The translations under genes and the position numbers were made by a program. Below, piece after piece: positions 8,755 to 18,582 of a stretch of 48,781 nucleotides of DNA. The stretch covers positions 1 to 48,781 of the forward strand of contig JBFMFK010000004.1 in assembly GCA_040752125.1 (NCBI GenBank). Reading direction: 5' to 3'. The DNA comes from Patescibacteria group bacterium. Lineage in GTDB: Bacteria; Patescibacteriota; Minisyncoccia; UBA9983. A model generated the notes under the pieces. The model made no database searches. It was not told the DNA's origin and saw nothing but the letters and a program-made list of their open reading frames with translations. Every line of letters begins with the position of its first letter. Position 1 is the first letter of the stretch.

Positions 8755-10581
8755 ATGGGCGATAAAATGGCAAAAATCTTAGCGGTAATAATCTTAGGAT
8801 GGATGTTTATCCTTATGTTTGCCTCGCAGTGGAATGAATCTGCAACTATGGATGAACTTGCTCATATACCTTCTGGCTATTCCTATATGGCTCTTCAGGA
8901 TTACAGATTAAATCCGGAGCACCCGCCATTGATAAAAGATTTATCTGCCGTTCCATTGCTGTTTCTGAATTTAAACTTCCCTACAAATGTTCCTACTTGG
9001 ACCAAGGATGTTAACGGACAATGGGATATGGGAAGAATTTTTATTTATGAATCAGGAAATGATGCCGACAAGATAATTCATTTTTCAAGATTCACTATTA
9101 TGCTCTTGGCAATCATCTTTGGATGGCTCCTTTTTAATTGGACAAGAAAATTATACGGCAACAAGGTTGGGCTGATGACAATTTTTCTCTTTGCCACATC
9201 GCCAACTTTCATTGCACACTCAAGATATGTTACCACTGATTTAGGGGCCTCATTCGGATTTTTCATCGGACTTGCCACATTTATCAATTTTCTTAGAAGC
9301 CAGACAAAGAAAAATCTGATCATTGCCGGCATAGCATTCGGCGTTGCTCAGCTTTTGAAATTCTCTTTAGTGGTGCTGATTCCGATTTATTTTATTCTTG
9401 CCATCCTCTGGGTCCTTGTGGAAAATCGGCTAGATGCCAAAAAAATAATGGGGGGGTCTTTGAAAATCTTGGCCAAGGTTATCTTGATAGGAATAATCGG
9501 CGCGATCGTGATCTGGCCAATCTATCAGTTTCATATATTAAATTATCCTCTGGAAAGGCAAATCCGAGATACGCAGTTTATTCTTAGCTCCTTCGGCGTT
9601 AGACAACTAGCAGAGATGACAGTCTGGATGGCAGATAAGCCGATTTTAAGGCCGTTTAGCCAATATCTATTAGGACTTCTTATGGTTATCCAGCGGGCTG
9701 CTGGAGGAAATGATTCTTATTTTTTAGGCACAATTTCTGCTGCTGGATCACATATTTATTTCCCGTTGCTTTATATAGTGAAAGAAACATTGCCGTTTCT
9801 CATTTTGGCATTTATAGCTCTAATTTTTGCAATAAAAAATATTATCAAGGCCAAAGAGAAAACTCTAAAAATTATTGCTGAATGGATACATGATAATTTT
9901 GCAATAACAGCAGCAATGATTTTTATTTTTATATATATGGGACAATCGATATCCAGTTCCTTGAATATCGGCATACGGCATATCATGCCAATTTTCCCAT
10001 TTATGTATCTTTTAGTTTCCCGCCAGATAGTAAGGTGGGCGCAATGTTACTCACTTGACACTCCGGGCAACTTTTTTGAATGGCTGAAATATCTCTATCA
10101 TAGTTATATCAAAAAACTGGAAAAATATTCTCTTGTCTTTGCTTTATTGCTTTGGATATTTTTGGAAAATATTATGACATTTCCCTTTTATCTGTCTTAT
10201 TATAATGAATTGGGAGGCGGTACCAGAAATGGATATAAAATTGCAGTGGATTCTAATTATGATTGGGGTCAAGATTTAAAACGACTGAAAGATTTTATAG
10301 AAAAAAATAACATCCAAAAAATTGCCATTGATTATTTTGGCGGAGGAAATCCCAGTTATTATTTTGGGACTCCGCCATTCGGCAGATTTGAACCCTGGTG
10401 GTCATCACGAGGAGAACCACCTCCGGGTACATGGTTTGCTATATCTTTAACTTTCCTTCAAGGTGCTCAAGCCAAACCGGTTCATGGTTTTTATAGAAAG
10501 CCGGATGATACTTATTATTGGCTAAAAGACAAAGAACCAGTCAGCCGCGCCGGCACCTCAATTTTCATCTACAAGTTTTAG
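8755..10581 (+). CDS. ArnT/PMT-like (GT-C fold) membrane glycosyltransferase
   Basis: ATMDELAHI, NPEHPPLIK, VTTD, DSNYDWGQD; many TM helices. Confidence 0.85.
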   Translation: MGDKMAKILAVIILGWMFILMFASQWNESATMDELAHIPSGYSYMALQDYRLNPEHPPLIKDLSAVPLLFLNLNFPTNVPTWTKDVNGQWDMGRIFIYESGNDADKIIHFSRFTIMLLAIIFGWLLFNWTRKLYGNKVGLMTIFLFATSPTFIAHSRYVTTDLGASFGFFIGLATFINFLRSQTKKNLIIAGIAFGVAQLLKFSLVVLIPIYFILAILWVLVENRLDAKKIMGGSLKILAKVILIGIIGAIVIWPIYQFHILNYPLERQIRDTQFILSSFGVRQLAEMTVWMADKPILRPFSQYLLGLLMVIQRAAGGNDSYFLGTISAAGSHIYFPLLYIVKETLPFLILAFIALIFAIKNIIKAKEKTLKIIAEWIHDNFAITAAMIFIFIYMGQSISSSLNIGIRHIMPIFPFMYLLVSRQIVRWAQCYSLDTPGNFFEWLKYLYHSYIKKLEKYSLVFALLLWIFLENIMTFPFYLSYYNELGGGTRNGYKIAVDSNYDWGQDLKRLKDFIEKNNIQKIAIDYFGGGNPSYYFGTPPFGRFEPWWSSRGEPPPGTWFAISLTFLQGAQAKPVHGFYRKPDDTYYWLKDKEPVSRAGTSIFIYKF

Positions 10582-10592
10582 AGATTATTCTG

Positions 10593-10622
10593 TCAACCTG
10601 CCACGTCAACGTGGCAGGTTGA
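10593..10622. repeat. REP-like palindrome C (TCAACCTGCCACG-TCAA-CGTGGCAGGTTGA) between convergent genes
   Basis: 13-bp perfect arms; 18-nt core TGCCACGTCAACGTGGCA recurs inside topA at 14320-14337. Confidence 0.88.
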
Positions 10623-10633
10623 TTATAGGTTGA

Positions 10634-11428
10634 TTATAATTTGAATTTATAGAAAACTTTATTTGGCAGACGCAAATCTATATATTCTAAACCTCTACGC
10701 ATTTCTTTTATTTGTGTCTCCAAGGTAAGTTTTAGATTATTGTAAGCAGATTCCGGATTATTGCTGTTATTTAGAATTAAATACCATCCTTCATCGCTTT
10801 TCAGATGATATATACCATCTTTTTTCAAAACAATCTCTGTGATCTCTATGTTATCATTTATAAGAAGATTGGTAAAATCAAGTAATTTCTTGTATTCCTC
10901 AAGAGCAAGAAGCTGTTTTTTTATTGAAAAAAAGTTCCCTTCTCTTTCATCAAAAAATTTCAGGTATATTTTACCGGAAAAAAACGGTGATTCTTCAAAA
11001 ATATATCCCTCTTCATCAATAAAGGCGCAATTATAATCCTTACAGAATAAAGTTTCGGGTTTCCTCTCTTTAACCTCAACAAGGATAGAATCCGGCAAAT
11101 CTTTTCTTACAGAGACAGACTTTATCCTGTGAAAATTTTCAAGGAGGTGATTTTTTATTTCTTCTTTAGATGCAAGAAAAATATTTGATTTTGGAAAAAG
11201 ATAAAAATATTTGCCATCTAGAGATTCTCCGATATTTAATCTTAATGTTTCTGCACCAATAAAAGAATTGCCTGAAATGGATATATTTTTGATCTTGAAA
11301 TAATCCACGTAAAAAGTGACAACAATGCCTGCGACCAAGATTAAAAATAAGATAAAGAATGCCAAAATTTTAAGAAGAAATTTTTTTCTTCTCTTTTCTC
11401 TAGATTTTGCCAATATGTCCCGCTTCAT
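10634..11428 (-). CDS. ftsQ: FtsQ/DivIB-like cell division protein
   Basis: Basic N-terminus, single TM, POTRA-like region (IKNISISGN...LPDSILVEVKERKP), C-terminal YIDLR. Confidence 0.75.
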   Translation of the reverse strand: MKRDILAKSREKRRKKFLLKILAFFILFLILVAGIVVTFYVDYFKIKNISISGNSFIGAETLRLNIGESLDGKYFYLFPKSNIFLASKEEIKNHLLENFHRIKSVSVRKDLPDSILVEVKERKPETLFCKDYNCAFIDEEGYIFEESPFFSGKIYLKFFDEREGNFFSIKKQLLALEEYKKLLDFTNLLINDNIEITEIVLKKDGIYHLKSDEGWYLILNNSNNPESAYNNLKLTLETQIKEMRRGLEYIDLRLPNKVFYKFKL

Positions 11429-11442
11429 CTGATTAATGGCAA

Positions 11443-12702
11443 CTAAGAAATTATATCTTTATTCAGATATTTACGGAGAATCTCGGGTACAATTACCTTA
11501 CCATCTTTTTGCTGATAATTCTCTAAAAGAGAAATTAAAATGCGGGGGACAGCAATGGCTGTATTATTCAATGAGTGGACGAAACGAATCTTGCCTTCTT
11601 TATCCCTGTAACGGATATTTAATCTACGCGTCTGAAAGTCATGAAAATATGAAGAAGAATGTGTTTCTTTATATCGCCTTTCCGAAGGTACCCATGCTTC
11701 AATATCATATTTTTTCACTTGCCCAAGTCCAAGATCAGCCCCGCAATTCACGACAACACGATAAGGTATTTTCAAAGACTGCATTATATCTTCAGAATTT
11801 CTGGTAATCTCTTCGTGCCATTTGACCGATTCCTGATGTTCTGCTTCGCAAAGAACCGCTTGTTCTATTTTCATAAATTCATGTAAACGATAGAGTCCTC
11901 TAGTATCCTTGCCATAACTTCCTGCTTCTCTGCGGAAACATGGAGAAAAAGCAACGTATGTTTTTGGCAGGTCTTCCTCTTTTAAAATTTCATTCATATG
12001 GAAACCCATCATTGGCACCTCTGCAGTGCCAGACAAATAAAGATCATCTTGTGTTTTGTAAACTTCGTCTTTTCCCTGGGGTAGCCAGCCTGTACCCAGC
12101 AAACTTTCTTCTTTTACCAAAGAGGGTGCAATCAAGGGCTCAAAGCCATTTTCAATAAGTTTCTCCAGAGTAAACTGCATAATGCCAAAAACGAGAAGCA
12201 CTGCATCACCTTTCAAAAAATATCCTCTGAATCCTGCTGTCTTTGATCCTCGCTCCAATTCTACCAATCCCAAAGACTCCATTAATTCAATGTGATTTTT
12301 GGGATCAAAATCGAAGTGCGGAATCTCACCCCATTTTTTTATTTCTTGATTATCAACATCGCTCTCACCTTCGGGCACGGATAGATCAGGAATGTTGGGC
12401 ACCTGAAGCATTGACTCATACCATTTCTCTTCTATTCTTTTTAGTTCTTTTTCTTTATCAGATAGTTCTTCTTTAAGTTGCTCTGCTGCCCGGATATTTA
12501 AATTTCTTTCTTCTCCTCGTAGAGATCCTATTCTTTTAGATACGGCGTTATGATAGGCTCGTTTTTCTTCAACAAATTTTAAAAGCTCACGACGGGTGTC
12601 ATCAATTTCAATAAGTTTATCTACATCAAAATTTATCCTTTTCTTTCTGGCTGCTTCTTTAATTAAATCTGAATTCTCCCGAATAAATTTTATATCTAGC
12701 AT
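11443..12702 (-). CDS. serS: Serine--tRNA ligase
   Basis: MLDIKFIRE start, GTAEVP, CFRREAG, HSLNNT; start set at 12702. Confidence 0.97.
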   Translation of the reverse strand: MLDIKFIRENSDLIKEAARKKRINFDVDKLIEIDDTRRELLKFVEEKRAYHNAVSKRIGSLRGEERNLNIRAAEQLKEELSDKEKELKRIEEKWYESMLQVPNIPDLSVPEGESDVDNQEIKKWGEIPHFDFDPKNHIELMESLGLVELERGSKTAGFRGYFLKGDAVLLVFGIMQFTLEKLIENGFEPLIAPSLVKEESLLGTGWLPQGKDEVYKTQDDLYLSGTAEVPMMGFHMNEILKEEDLPKTYVAFSPCFRREAGSYGKDTRGLYRLHEFMKIEQAVLCEAEHQESVKWHEEITRNSEDIMQSLKIPYRVVVNCGADLGLGQVKKYDIEAWVPSERRYKETHSSSYFHDFQTRRLNIRYRDKEGKIRFVHSLNNTAIAVPRILISLLENYQQKDGKVIVPEILRKYLNKDIIS

Positions 12703-12796
12703 TAATAATATAATAAGCAAAGAAAACAAAATTTGCAAATCGTAGGTAGGGGCGTGCAAATTTGGTTTTCAAAGAGTAGATGCTAAAATAAAACAA

Positions 12797-13648
12797 ATGG
12801 AAATAAAAACTTTAAAACCTAAGCAATTCCCGAAACTTTTGCAAGAAATTCCCTCCCCGCCCAAAAAACTTTATATTTTAGGAGAATTACCAGATGAAAA
12901 TTACACTTTTCTTGCGATTATCGGCTCAAGAAAGTTCACCAACTATGGCAAAGAGGCGTGCGAAAAGATTATTTCTGGATTAAGAGGATACAAATTTATT
13001 ATTGTCAGCGGATTGGCGATTGGCATTGATTCAATCGCCCATTGCATAGCCATTGAAAATAATCTCTTAACAATATCTGTGCCGGGTTCAGGACTTGATT
13101 TTTCCGTACTTCATCCTCATTCAAACAAAAGACTGGCTGAAAAGATAGTGGAATCAGGCGGATGCCTACTCTCTGAATTTGAACCGAAGATGCCGGCTGG
13201 TTTGCATACTTTTCCTATTCGCAATAGAATTATCGCTGGTATTGCTCACGGTGTTTTAGTCATAGAAGCAGCGGAAAGAAGCGGGACATTAATAACAGCT
13301 AATTTTGCCCTTGAGTTTAACAGAGATGTTTTTGCCGTGCCCGGCTCTATTTTTAATGAAAATTCCAAAGGAACAAATCAACTGATAAAAGCGGGTGCCA
13401 CACCTGTAACTTCTTCTGAGGATATCCTTGATGCTTTTGATATACCTTTTGAAAAACAAAATTTGAAAATAGACTTTCAACTCTCTCCTCTTGAAGAAAA
13501 AATTATTGAGGCACTTTCTGAACCGATGACTAAAGATGATTTAATAAGAAAACTCAATATGACAGCAACAGAAATAAATTCTGTCCTTGCCTTGATGCAG
13601 ATCAACGGCTTCATTAAAGAATCCGGCGGAGAGATTTATAGAGTGTGA
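12797..13648 (+). CDS. dprA: DNA-protecting protein DprA
   Basis: AIIGSR, VSGLAIGID, FPIRNRII, EAAERSGTLITA; adjacent to topA. Confidence 0.96.
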   Translation: MEIKTLKPKQFPKLLQEIPSPPKKLYILGELPDENYTFLAIIGSRKFTNYGKEACEKIISGLRGYKFIIVSGLAIGIDSIAHCIAIENNLLTISVPGSGLDFSVLHPHSNKRLAEKIVESGGCLLSEFEPKMPAGLHTFPIRNRIIAGIAHGVLVIEAAERSGTLITANFALEFNRDVFAVPGSIFNENSKGTNQLIKAGATPVTSSEDILDAFDIPFEKQNLKIDFQLSPLEEKIIEALSEPMTKDDLIRKLNMTATEINSVLALMQINGFIKESGGEIYRV

Positions 13649-13700
13649 AAAATAAAAGTTGAAATTTAGTTCAATTTTGTTAATCTTTGATATAATTACA

Positions 13701-15749
13701 ATGATGCAATTAATTATTGTTGAATCACCGACGAAGGCAAAAACCATAAGCCGCTTTCTAAGCGGTGATTTTAAAGTTGAATCATCATATGGACACATCA
13801 GAGATCTTCCGAAATCAAATCTTGGCATTGATATTGAAAATAGTTTTGAACCAAAATATATAATTCCTACTAAATCAAGAAAAAGAGTTAATGAATTAAA
13901 AAAAGAGGCAGAAAAAGCAAAAGAAGTTATTTTAGCAACTGATGAAGACAGAGAGGGAGAAGCAATCGCCTGGCATCTTACCCAAGTTCTTAATTTGGAC
14001 AATCTCAAATCTACAAAAAGAATTGTCTTTCATGAAATTACTGAAAATGCCATAAAAGAAGCGCTGGAAAATCCAAGAGATATAGATTTAAATTTAGTAA
14101 ACGCCCAGCAGGCACGGAGAATATTAGATCGTCTGGTTGGTTATGAGCTTTCTCCTTTTCTTTGGAAGAAAGTTTTTAAGGGGCTGTCAGCCGGCCGAGT
14201 GCAATCAGTAGCTGTTAGACTAATTGTTGACCGAGAGAGAGAGATTGAAAAATTTATACCGCGGGAATATTGGAGTATTGAAGCCCTGCTTCAAAAAATG
14301 TCAACGTGCCACGTTGACGTGCCACGTCAACGTGGCACGTTAGAATCGTTGGAATCTTTTAAGGCGAAACTCATTAAAAAAGATGGCGAACTCTTAGATA
14401 AATTCGCTATTCAAAACAAAGATGAAGCTGATGAGATTATTAAAGATCTAAATGATGCAGAATACAAAGTTGAGAAAGTAGAAAAAAAAGAAACCAAAAG
14501 AAATCCAAATCCTCCTTTTACAACAAGCACTCTCCAGCAAGAAACAATAAACAAGCTTCATTTTTCTGCCAAACAGACGATGATGCTTGCCCAACAATTG
14601 TATGAAAACGGCTATATCACTTATATGAGAACTGATTCTGTTAATCTTTCTGAAGAATCTTTAAGGTCTGCAAAAAAATTTATCAAAGAAAATCTGGGGA
14701 AAAACTATGCATTGGAAGAGTCGCGCAGATTTAAAACAAAGTCAAAAAATGTTCAAGAGGCGCATGAAGCCATTAGACCTACCGAACCTTTTAATACTCC
14801 CGATGTCATCAAAAAAAATCTTGATAGCCGGCAATTGAAAATCTATGACTTGATTTGGAGGCGTTTTATAGCATCACAAATGAAAGAAGCGATTTTTGAT
14901 TCTATTACAGTTGACTTGGAGGCTCAGCCTCCAAGTACTCTGGGTGAGGGATCTAAATCATATACTTTTCGGGCTGGTGGACAAATCTTAAAATTTGATG
15001 GGTGGCTCAAGATTTATCCCAATAGTTTTTCTGAAAACATACTTCCTCAATTATCAAAGGGAGAAGTTCTCGAACTTAAAAAACTTACGCCTCTCCAGCA
15101 TTTTACTGAACCTCCGTCAAGATATACAGAGGCCTTGCTTGTAAAAGCGCTTGAAGAATACGGAATTGGAAGACCATCAACTTATGCACCGATTATTTCA
15201 ACTATCCAAGAAAGAAATTATGTCAGAAAAAACGAGCAAAAAAGATTTGTGCCAACAGAAACTGGCACCATCGTAAATGATCTATTGGCAGAACATTTCC
15301 CAGACATCATTGATGTCGGCTTTACTGCAAAAATGGAGAAAAATCTAGATGAAATTGCAAAAGGCAAGATCAATTGGATTCCGATTATCAGGACTTTCTA
15401 CGAACCTTTCCATAAAAATCTCGAAAAAAAATATCGCGATGTGGAGAAACAGAATCATGAAGAGAAAACAGATGAGACTTGCGAAAAATGCGGAAGGCCG
15501 ATGGTAATCAGACAAGGTAGGTTTGGAAAATTTATAGCCTGCTCTGGATTCCCAGAATGCAAAAATACGAGAAATATAAAACAAGAACCTAAAACTATAG
15601 GAATGAAATGCCCTAGATGTGAAGAGGGTGATGTGATAATCAGGCGCACAAAAAAAGGAAGAATTTTCTATGGCTGTTCTAGATATCCTCAATGTGATTT
15701 TGCCTCATGGACTAATCCGCATCAAAAAAAATATAAAGCCGATGATTAA
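13701..15749 (+). CDS. topA: DNA topoisomerase I
   Basis: IVESPTKAKTI, ATDEDREGE, SAGRVQS, ITYMRTD, two C4 zinc ribbons; start 13701 or 13704. Confidence 0.97.
   Translation: MMQLIIVESPTKAKTISRFLSGDFKVESSYGHIRDLPKSNLGIDIENSFEPKYIIPTKSRKRVNELKKEAEKAKEVILATDEDREGEAIAWHLTQVLNLDNLKSTKRIVFHEITENAIKEALENPRDIDLNLVNAQQARRILDRLVGYELSPFLWKKVFKGLSAGRVQSVAVRLIVDREREIEKFIPREYWSIEALLQKMSTCHVDVPRQRGTLESLESFKAKLIKKDGELLDKFAIQNKDEADEIIKDLNDAEYKVEKVEKKETKRNPNPPFTTSTLQQETINKLHFSAKQTMMLAQQLYENGYITYMRTDSVNLSEESLRSAKKFIKENLGKNYALEESRRFKTKSKNVQEAHEAIRPTEPFNTPDVIKKNLDSRQLKIYDLIWRRFIASQMKEAIFDSITVDLEAQPPSTLGEGSKSYTFRAGGQILKFDGWLKIYPNSFSENILPQLSKGEVLELKKLTPLQHFTEPPSRYTEALLVKALEEYGIGRPSTYAPIISTIQERNYVRKNEQKRFVPTETGTIVNDLLAEHFPDIIDVGFTAKMEKNLDEIAKGKINWIPIIRTFYEPFHKNLEKKYRDVEKQNHEEKTDETCEKCGRPMVIRQGRFGKFIACSGFPECKNTRNIKQEPKTIGMKCPRCEEGDVIIRRTKKGRIFYGCSRYPQCDFASWTNPHQKKYKADD
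14299..14341. repeat. Nested palindrome-C insertion in topA
   Basis: GTCAACGT-GCC-ACGTTGAC overlapping ACGTGCCACG-TCAA-CGTGGCACGT; translated as STCHVDVPRQRGT. Confidence 0.85.
14914..14936. repeat. Palindrome D in topA (ACTTGGAGGCT-C-AGCCTCCAAGT)
   Basis: 11-bp perfect arms around one base; translated as DLEAQPPS. Confidence 0.8.
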
Positions 15750-15759
15750 ACTATCGGCT
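15737..15759. terminator. Hairpin at topA 3' end
   Basis: AGCCGAT/ATCGGCT stem; T-run is on the minus strand. Confidence 0.45.
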
Positions 15760-15881
15760 CAGATAATAATACTAAATGTGGTATAGGATTATTCTGTCAT
15801 TTTTATCTTCAGGTAGAATTTCTTCTTCTTATTTACCCCCTCCTTTAATTTTTTCTAAAAAAGAGTATACTAGAAAATGCC

Positions 15882-17375
15882 ATGGATGTCAAGGAAATTA
15901 TAAGTCTCTTAAAAAATCCGAGCCATAAAGATATTGAGCTTATTTCCAGGGCGTTTGAATTCAGTCGAAAAGCACATGAAGGTCAAGAAAGATATTCTGG
16001 AGAAAGTTATTTTATTCATCCCTTTGAAACTGCAAAAATTTTAGCCAAGCTCCAAATTGATGCTGTGACTGTGGCTGCAGGACTTTTGCATGATGTCTGC
16101 GAAGACTGTTTGATAACGGGCGAGAAGACTCATATAGATTATAAGATAATTAAAAAAGAATTCGGAGAAGAAATAGCATTTTTAGTGGAAAGCGTCAGTA
16201 AATTGGGGATGTTAAAACTACAAGAGGAAGAAAGAAGAGTGGAAAGTCTAAGAAAAATGTTTTTGGCAATGGCAAAAGATATCCGTGTTGTCCTGATCAA
16301 ACTCGCTGACCGGCTTCATAATATGGAAACATTAGAGTATGTGCCCCAAGAAAAAAGAAAAAGAATCGCCATGGAAACCTTAGAAATTTATGCACCTCTG
16401 GCAAACAGACTCGGAATCGGAGAATTCAAAGGCAGACTTGAAGATCGTGCCTTCTTTTTCATTTATCCAGAAGAATATCAACAAATAAAAAATATAATGG
16501 AAGAGAACTATAAACGACGCGAGATTGATTTGGCTAAAATAAAATATAAATTAGTTGAAATATTAAAAGAACATAATTTTAAGGATTTTAAAATTGACTC
16601 AAGAGTTAAGCACTTATACAGTCTTTTTAAAAAACTTCAAAGACCAGAAATTAATAATAACATCAATCTTGTTTATGATCTTATTGCCTTAAGGATTATT
16701 GTTAAAACTATTGAAGAATGTTATCAAATTCTTGGAATAATACATCACCTCTGGAAACCATTGCCCAAAAAAATAAAAGATTATATAGCTCTGCCAAAAC
16801 CTAACGGTTACCAGAGTCTGCATACCACTGTCTTTGCAGATGAAGGTAAGATTATTGAAATCCAAATAAGGACTGAAAAGATGCATGAAGAAGCAGAATT
16901 TGGTATTACTGCCCACTGGGCCTATGAAGAGTCAGGCAAACCAAAGAGTGGGGGGGTGCTTAACCCGCGATTAAAATGGGTCAATCAGCTTATTGAATGG
17001 CAGAAAGATTTGTCCACTAGTGAAACTGGCACCTCTGACACAAGGGATTTTTTGGAATCATTAAGGTTGGATTTTTTTAATGATAGAGTCTTTTGCTTCA
17101 CTCCCAAAGGACATGTCATAGACCTGCCTGAAAGAGCAACCGTGATTGACTTTGCCTACGCTATTCATAGCGATATTGGCAATCATGCTGTGGGCGCGCT
17201 GGTTAATAACAAATATGTCTCTCTGGATTCTGTTCTGAAAAATGGTGATATCGTAGAGATACAAATCCAGAAAAATAAAAAGCCAAGCCTAGAATGGCTT
17301 GAGCATGCAAAGACTTCTCTCGCACGGAAACAAATAAAAATTGCCTCAAAAAAGAAATTTATGTTTAAACAGTGA
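15882..17375 (+). CDS. rel: RelA/SpoT-family (p)ppGpp synthetase/hydrolase (HD-SYNTH-TGS, no ACT)
   Basis: LLHDVCED, KLADRLHNM, PKPNGYQSLH, EIQIRT, FTPKG, DFAYAIHS. Confidence 0.93.
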   Translation: MDVKEIISLLKNPSHKDIELISRAFEFSRKAHEGQERYSGESYFIHPFETAKILAKLQIDAVTVAAGLLHDVCEDCLITGEKTHIDYKIIKKEFGEEIAFLVESVSKLGMLKLQEEERRVESLRKMFLAMAKDIRVVLIKLADRLHNMETLEYVPQEKRKRIAMETLEIYAPLANRLGIGEFKGRLEDRAFFFIYPEEYQQIKNIMEENYKRREIDLAKIKYKLVEILKEHNFKDFKIDSRVKHLYSLFKKLQRPEINNNINLVYDLIALRIIVKTIEECYQILGIIHHLWKPLPKKIKDYIALPKPNGYQSLHTTVFADEGKIIEIQIRTEKMHEEAEFGITAHWAYEESGKPKSGGVLNPRLKWVNQLIEWQKDLSTSETGTSDTRDFLESLRLDFFNDRVFCFTPKGHVIDLPERATVIDFAYAIHSDIGNHAVGALVNNKYVSLDSVLKNGDIVEIQIQKNKKPSLEWLEHAKTSLARKQIKIASKKKFMFKQ

Positions 17376-18246
17376 AATTGTCTATCAATTCATCATTATC
17401 TTCCGAAAAATCTTGCTCTTTTTTTTCTTTGCTGAGTATCTTATCTATAAATTCTTCAAGTTCTTCATTTGAAAAGAAATCTATAGAAATTCTTCTTTTC
17501 TCACCATATTTTTCTATCTGCACTTTGGTGCCCAAACGTTCAGAAAGTTGGTTCTCAAGAAATTGAGTCTCTGCATCAGATAATTCTTTTTTGCGTGCTC
17601 TTTCTCTGGCAATTATCCTAGATAATCTTTCTGTCTCTCTTACAGACATTTTAGTTTCTACTATTGATTTAAAAAGATTCATCTGCGCTTCTTTTCTTCC
17701 CGCGAGCATCAATAATGGTCGCATGTGCCCTTCGCTCAATATCCCCTCTTTTAAACTTGTTTGCATCTCTTCAGGTAACTTCAGAAGGCGAAGAGTGTTT
17801 GTCACAAAAACGCGACTCTTACCTATCCTGTCTGCAATTGCTTGATGTTTTAAATTAAAGGTTTCTATTAATTTTTTAAAGGCCCGGGCGCGCTCTAAAG
17901 GATTCAAATCTTCGCGTTGAAGATTTTCTATGATGGCTAATTCCAGTTTCAGTTTATCTTCTGTATCTTCACGAATAATCACCGGCACTTGATTTAAACC
18001 CGCCATTCTGGCTGCACGCAATCTTCTCTCTCCGACGATCAATTCATATTCAACAATCGTACCACTGGGAACTTCCATCTCTTTTCTATTGACTATAAGC
18101 GGCTGAAGAACGCCGTATTGTCTAATGGATTCCGAAAGGTCTTGCAGTTTTTCTTCATTAAAAATAGCTCTGGGCTGCATCGGATTTGGTTTTATCTTGT
18201 CAACCTCAATCCAAAAGACGCTTTGATATTTTTTAAGATTATCCAT
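17365..18246 (-). CDS. parB: ParB/Spo0J partition protein
   Basis: PNPMQPR, GVLQP, GERRLRA, ENLQREDL, HTH. Confidence 0.95.
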   Translation of the reverse strand: MDNLKKYQSVFWIEVDKIKPNPMQPRAIFNEEKLQDLSESIRQYGVLQPLIVNRKEMEVPSGTIVEYELIVGERRLRAARMAGLNQVPVIIREDTEDKLKLELAIIENLQREDLNPLERARAFKKLIETFNLKHQAIADRIGKSRVFVTNTLRLLKLPEEMQTSLKEGILSEGHMRPLLMLAGRKEAQMNLFKSIVETKMSVRETERLSRIIARERARKKELSDAETQFLENQLSERLGTKVQIEKYGEKRRISIDFFSNEELEEFIDKILSKEKKEQDFSEDNDELIDNFTV

Positions 18247-18312
18247 AAAATTAAATTATAAGCTAATTGATTTTCTGAAGCAAGTTGATTAAGATAAAAA
18301 TAAGTTAAAATT

Positions 18313-18396
18313 GCCGAAGTGGCGGAATTGGAATACGCGTACGACTCAAAATCGTATGGTCTTACGACCTTGAGGGTTCAAGTCCCTCCTTCGGCA
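18313..18396 (+). tRNA. tRNA-Leu(CAA)
   Basis: Cloverleaf with long variable arm, TACGA-CTCAAAA-TCGTA anticodon arm, GGTTCAAGTCC; no CCA. Confidence 0.95.
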
Positions 18397-18408
18397 TATC
18401 GGGAGTAT

Positions 18409-18582
18409 CTATTTATGTTTCTCTACTGTGAAATAACATTGTCCTGTCTTAGAGATAGTCACGAAAACACCCGTCCTTCGAGAATAAAATTCTTCTGGTA
18501 AATCTCCCAGATGAGAAATAATTTCTCCTTTTTTGATGTAATTCTCAACTGTTTCTTTAGCCAATTTTACATATTTATCCAT
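18409..18582 (-). pseudogene. AMMECR1-family (AmmeMemoRadiSam protein A) remnant
   Basis: 57 aa: YVKLAKETVE...GVFVTI N-terminus, lacks the LRGCIG motif that should follow, ends FTVEKHK. Confidence 0.75.
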
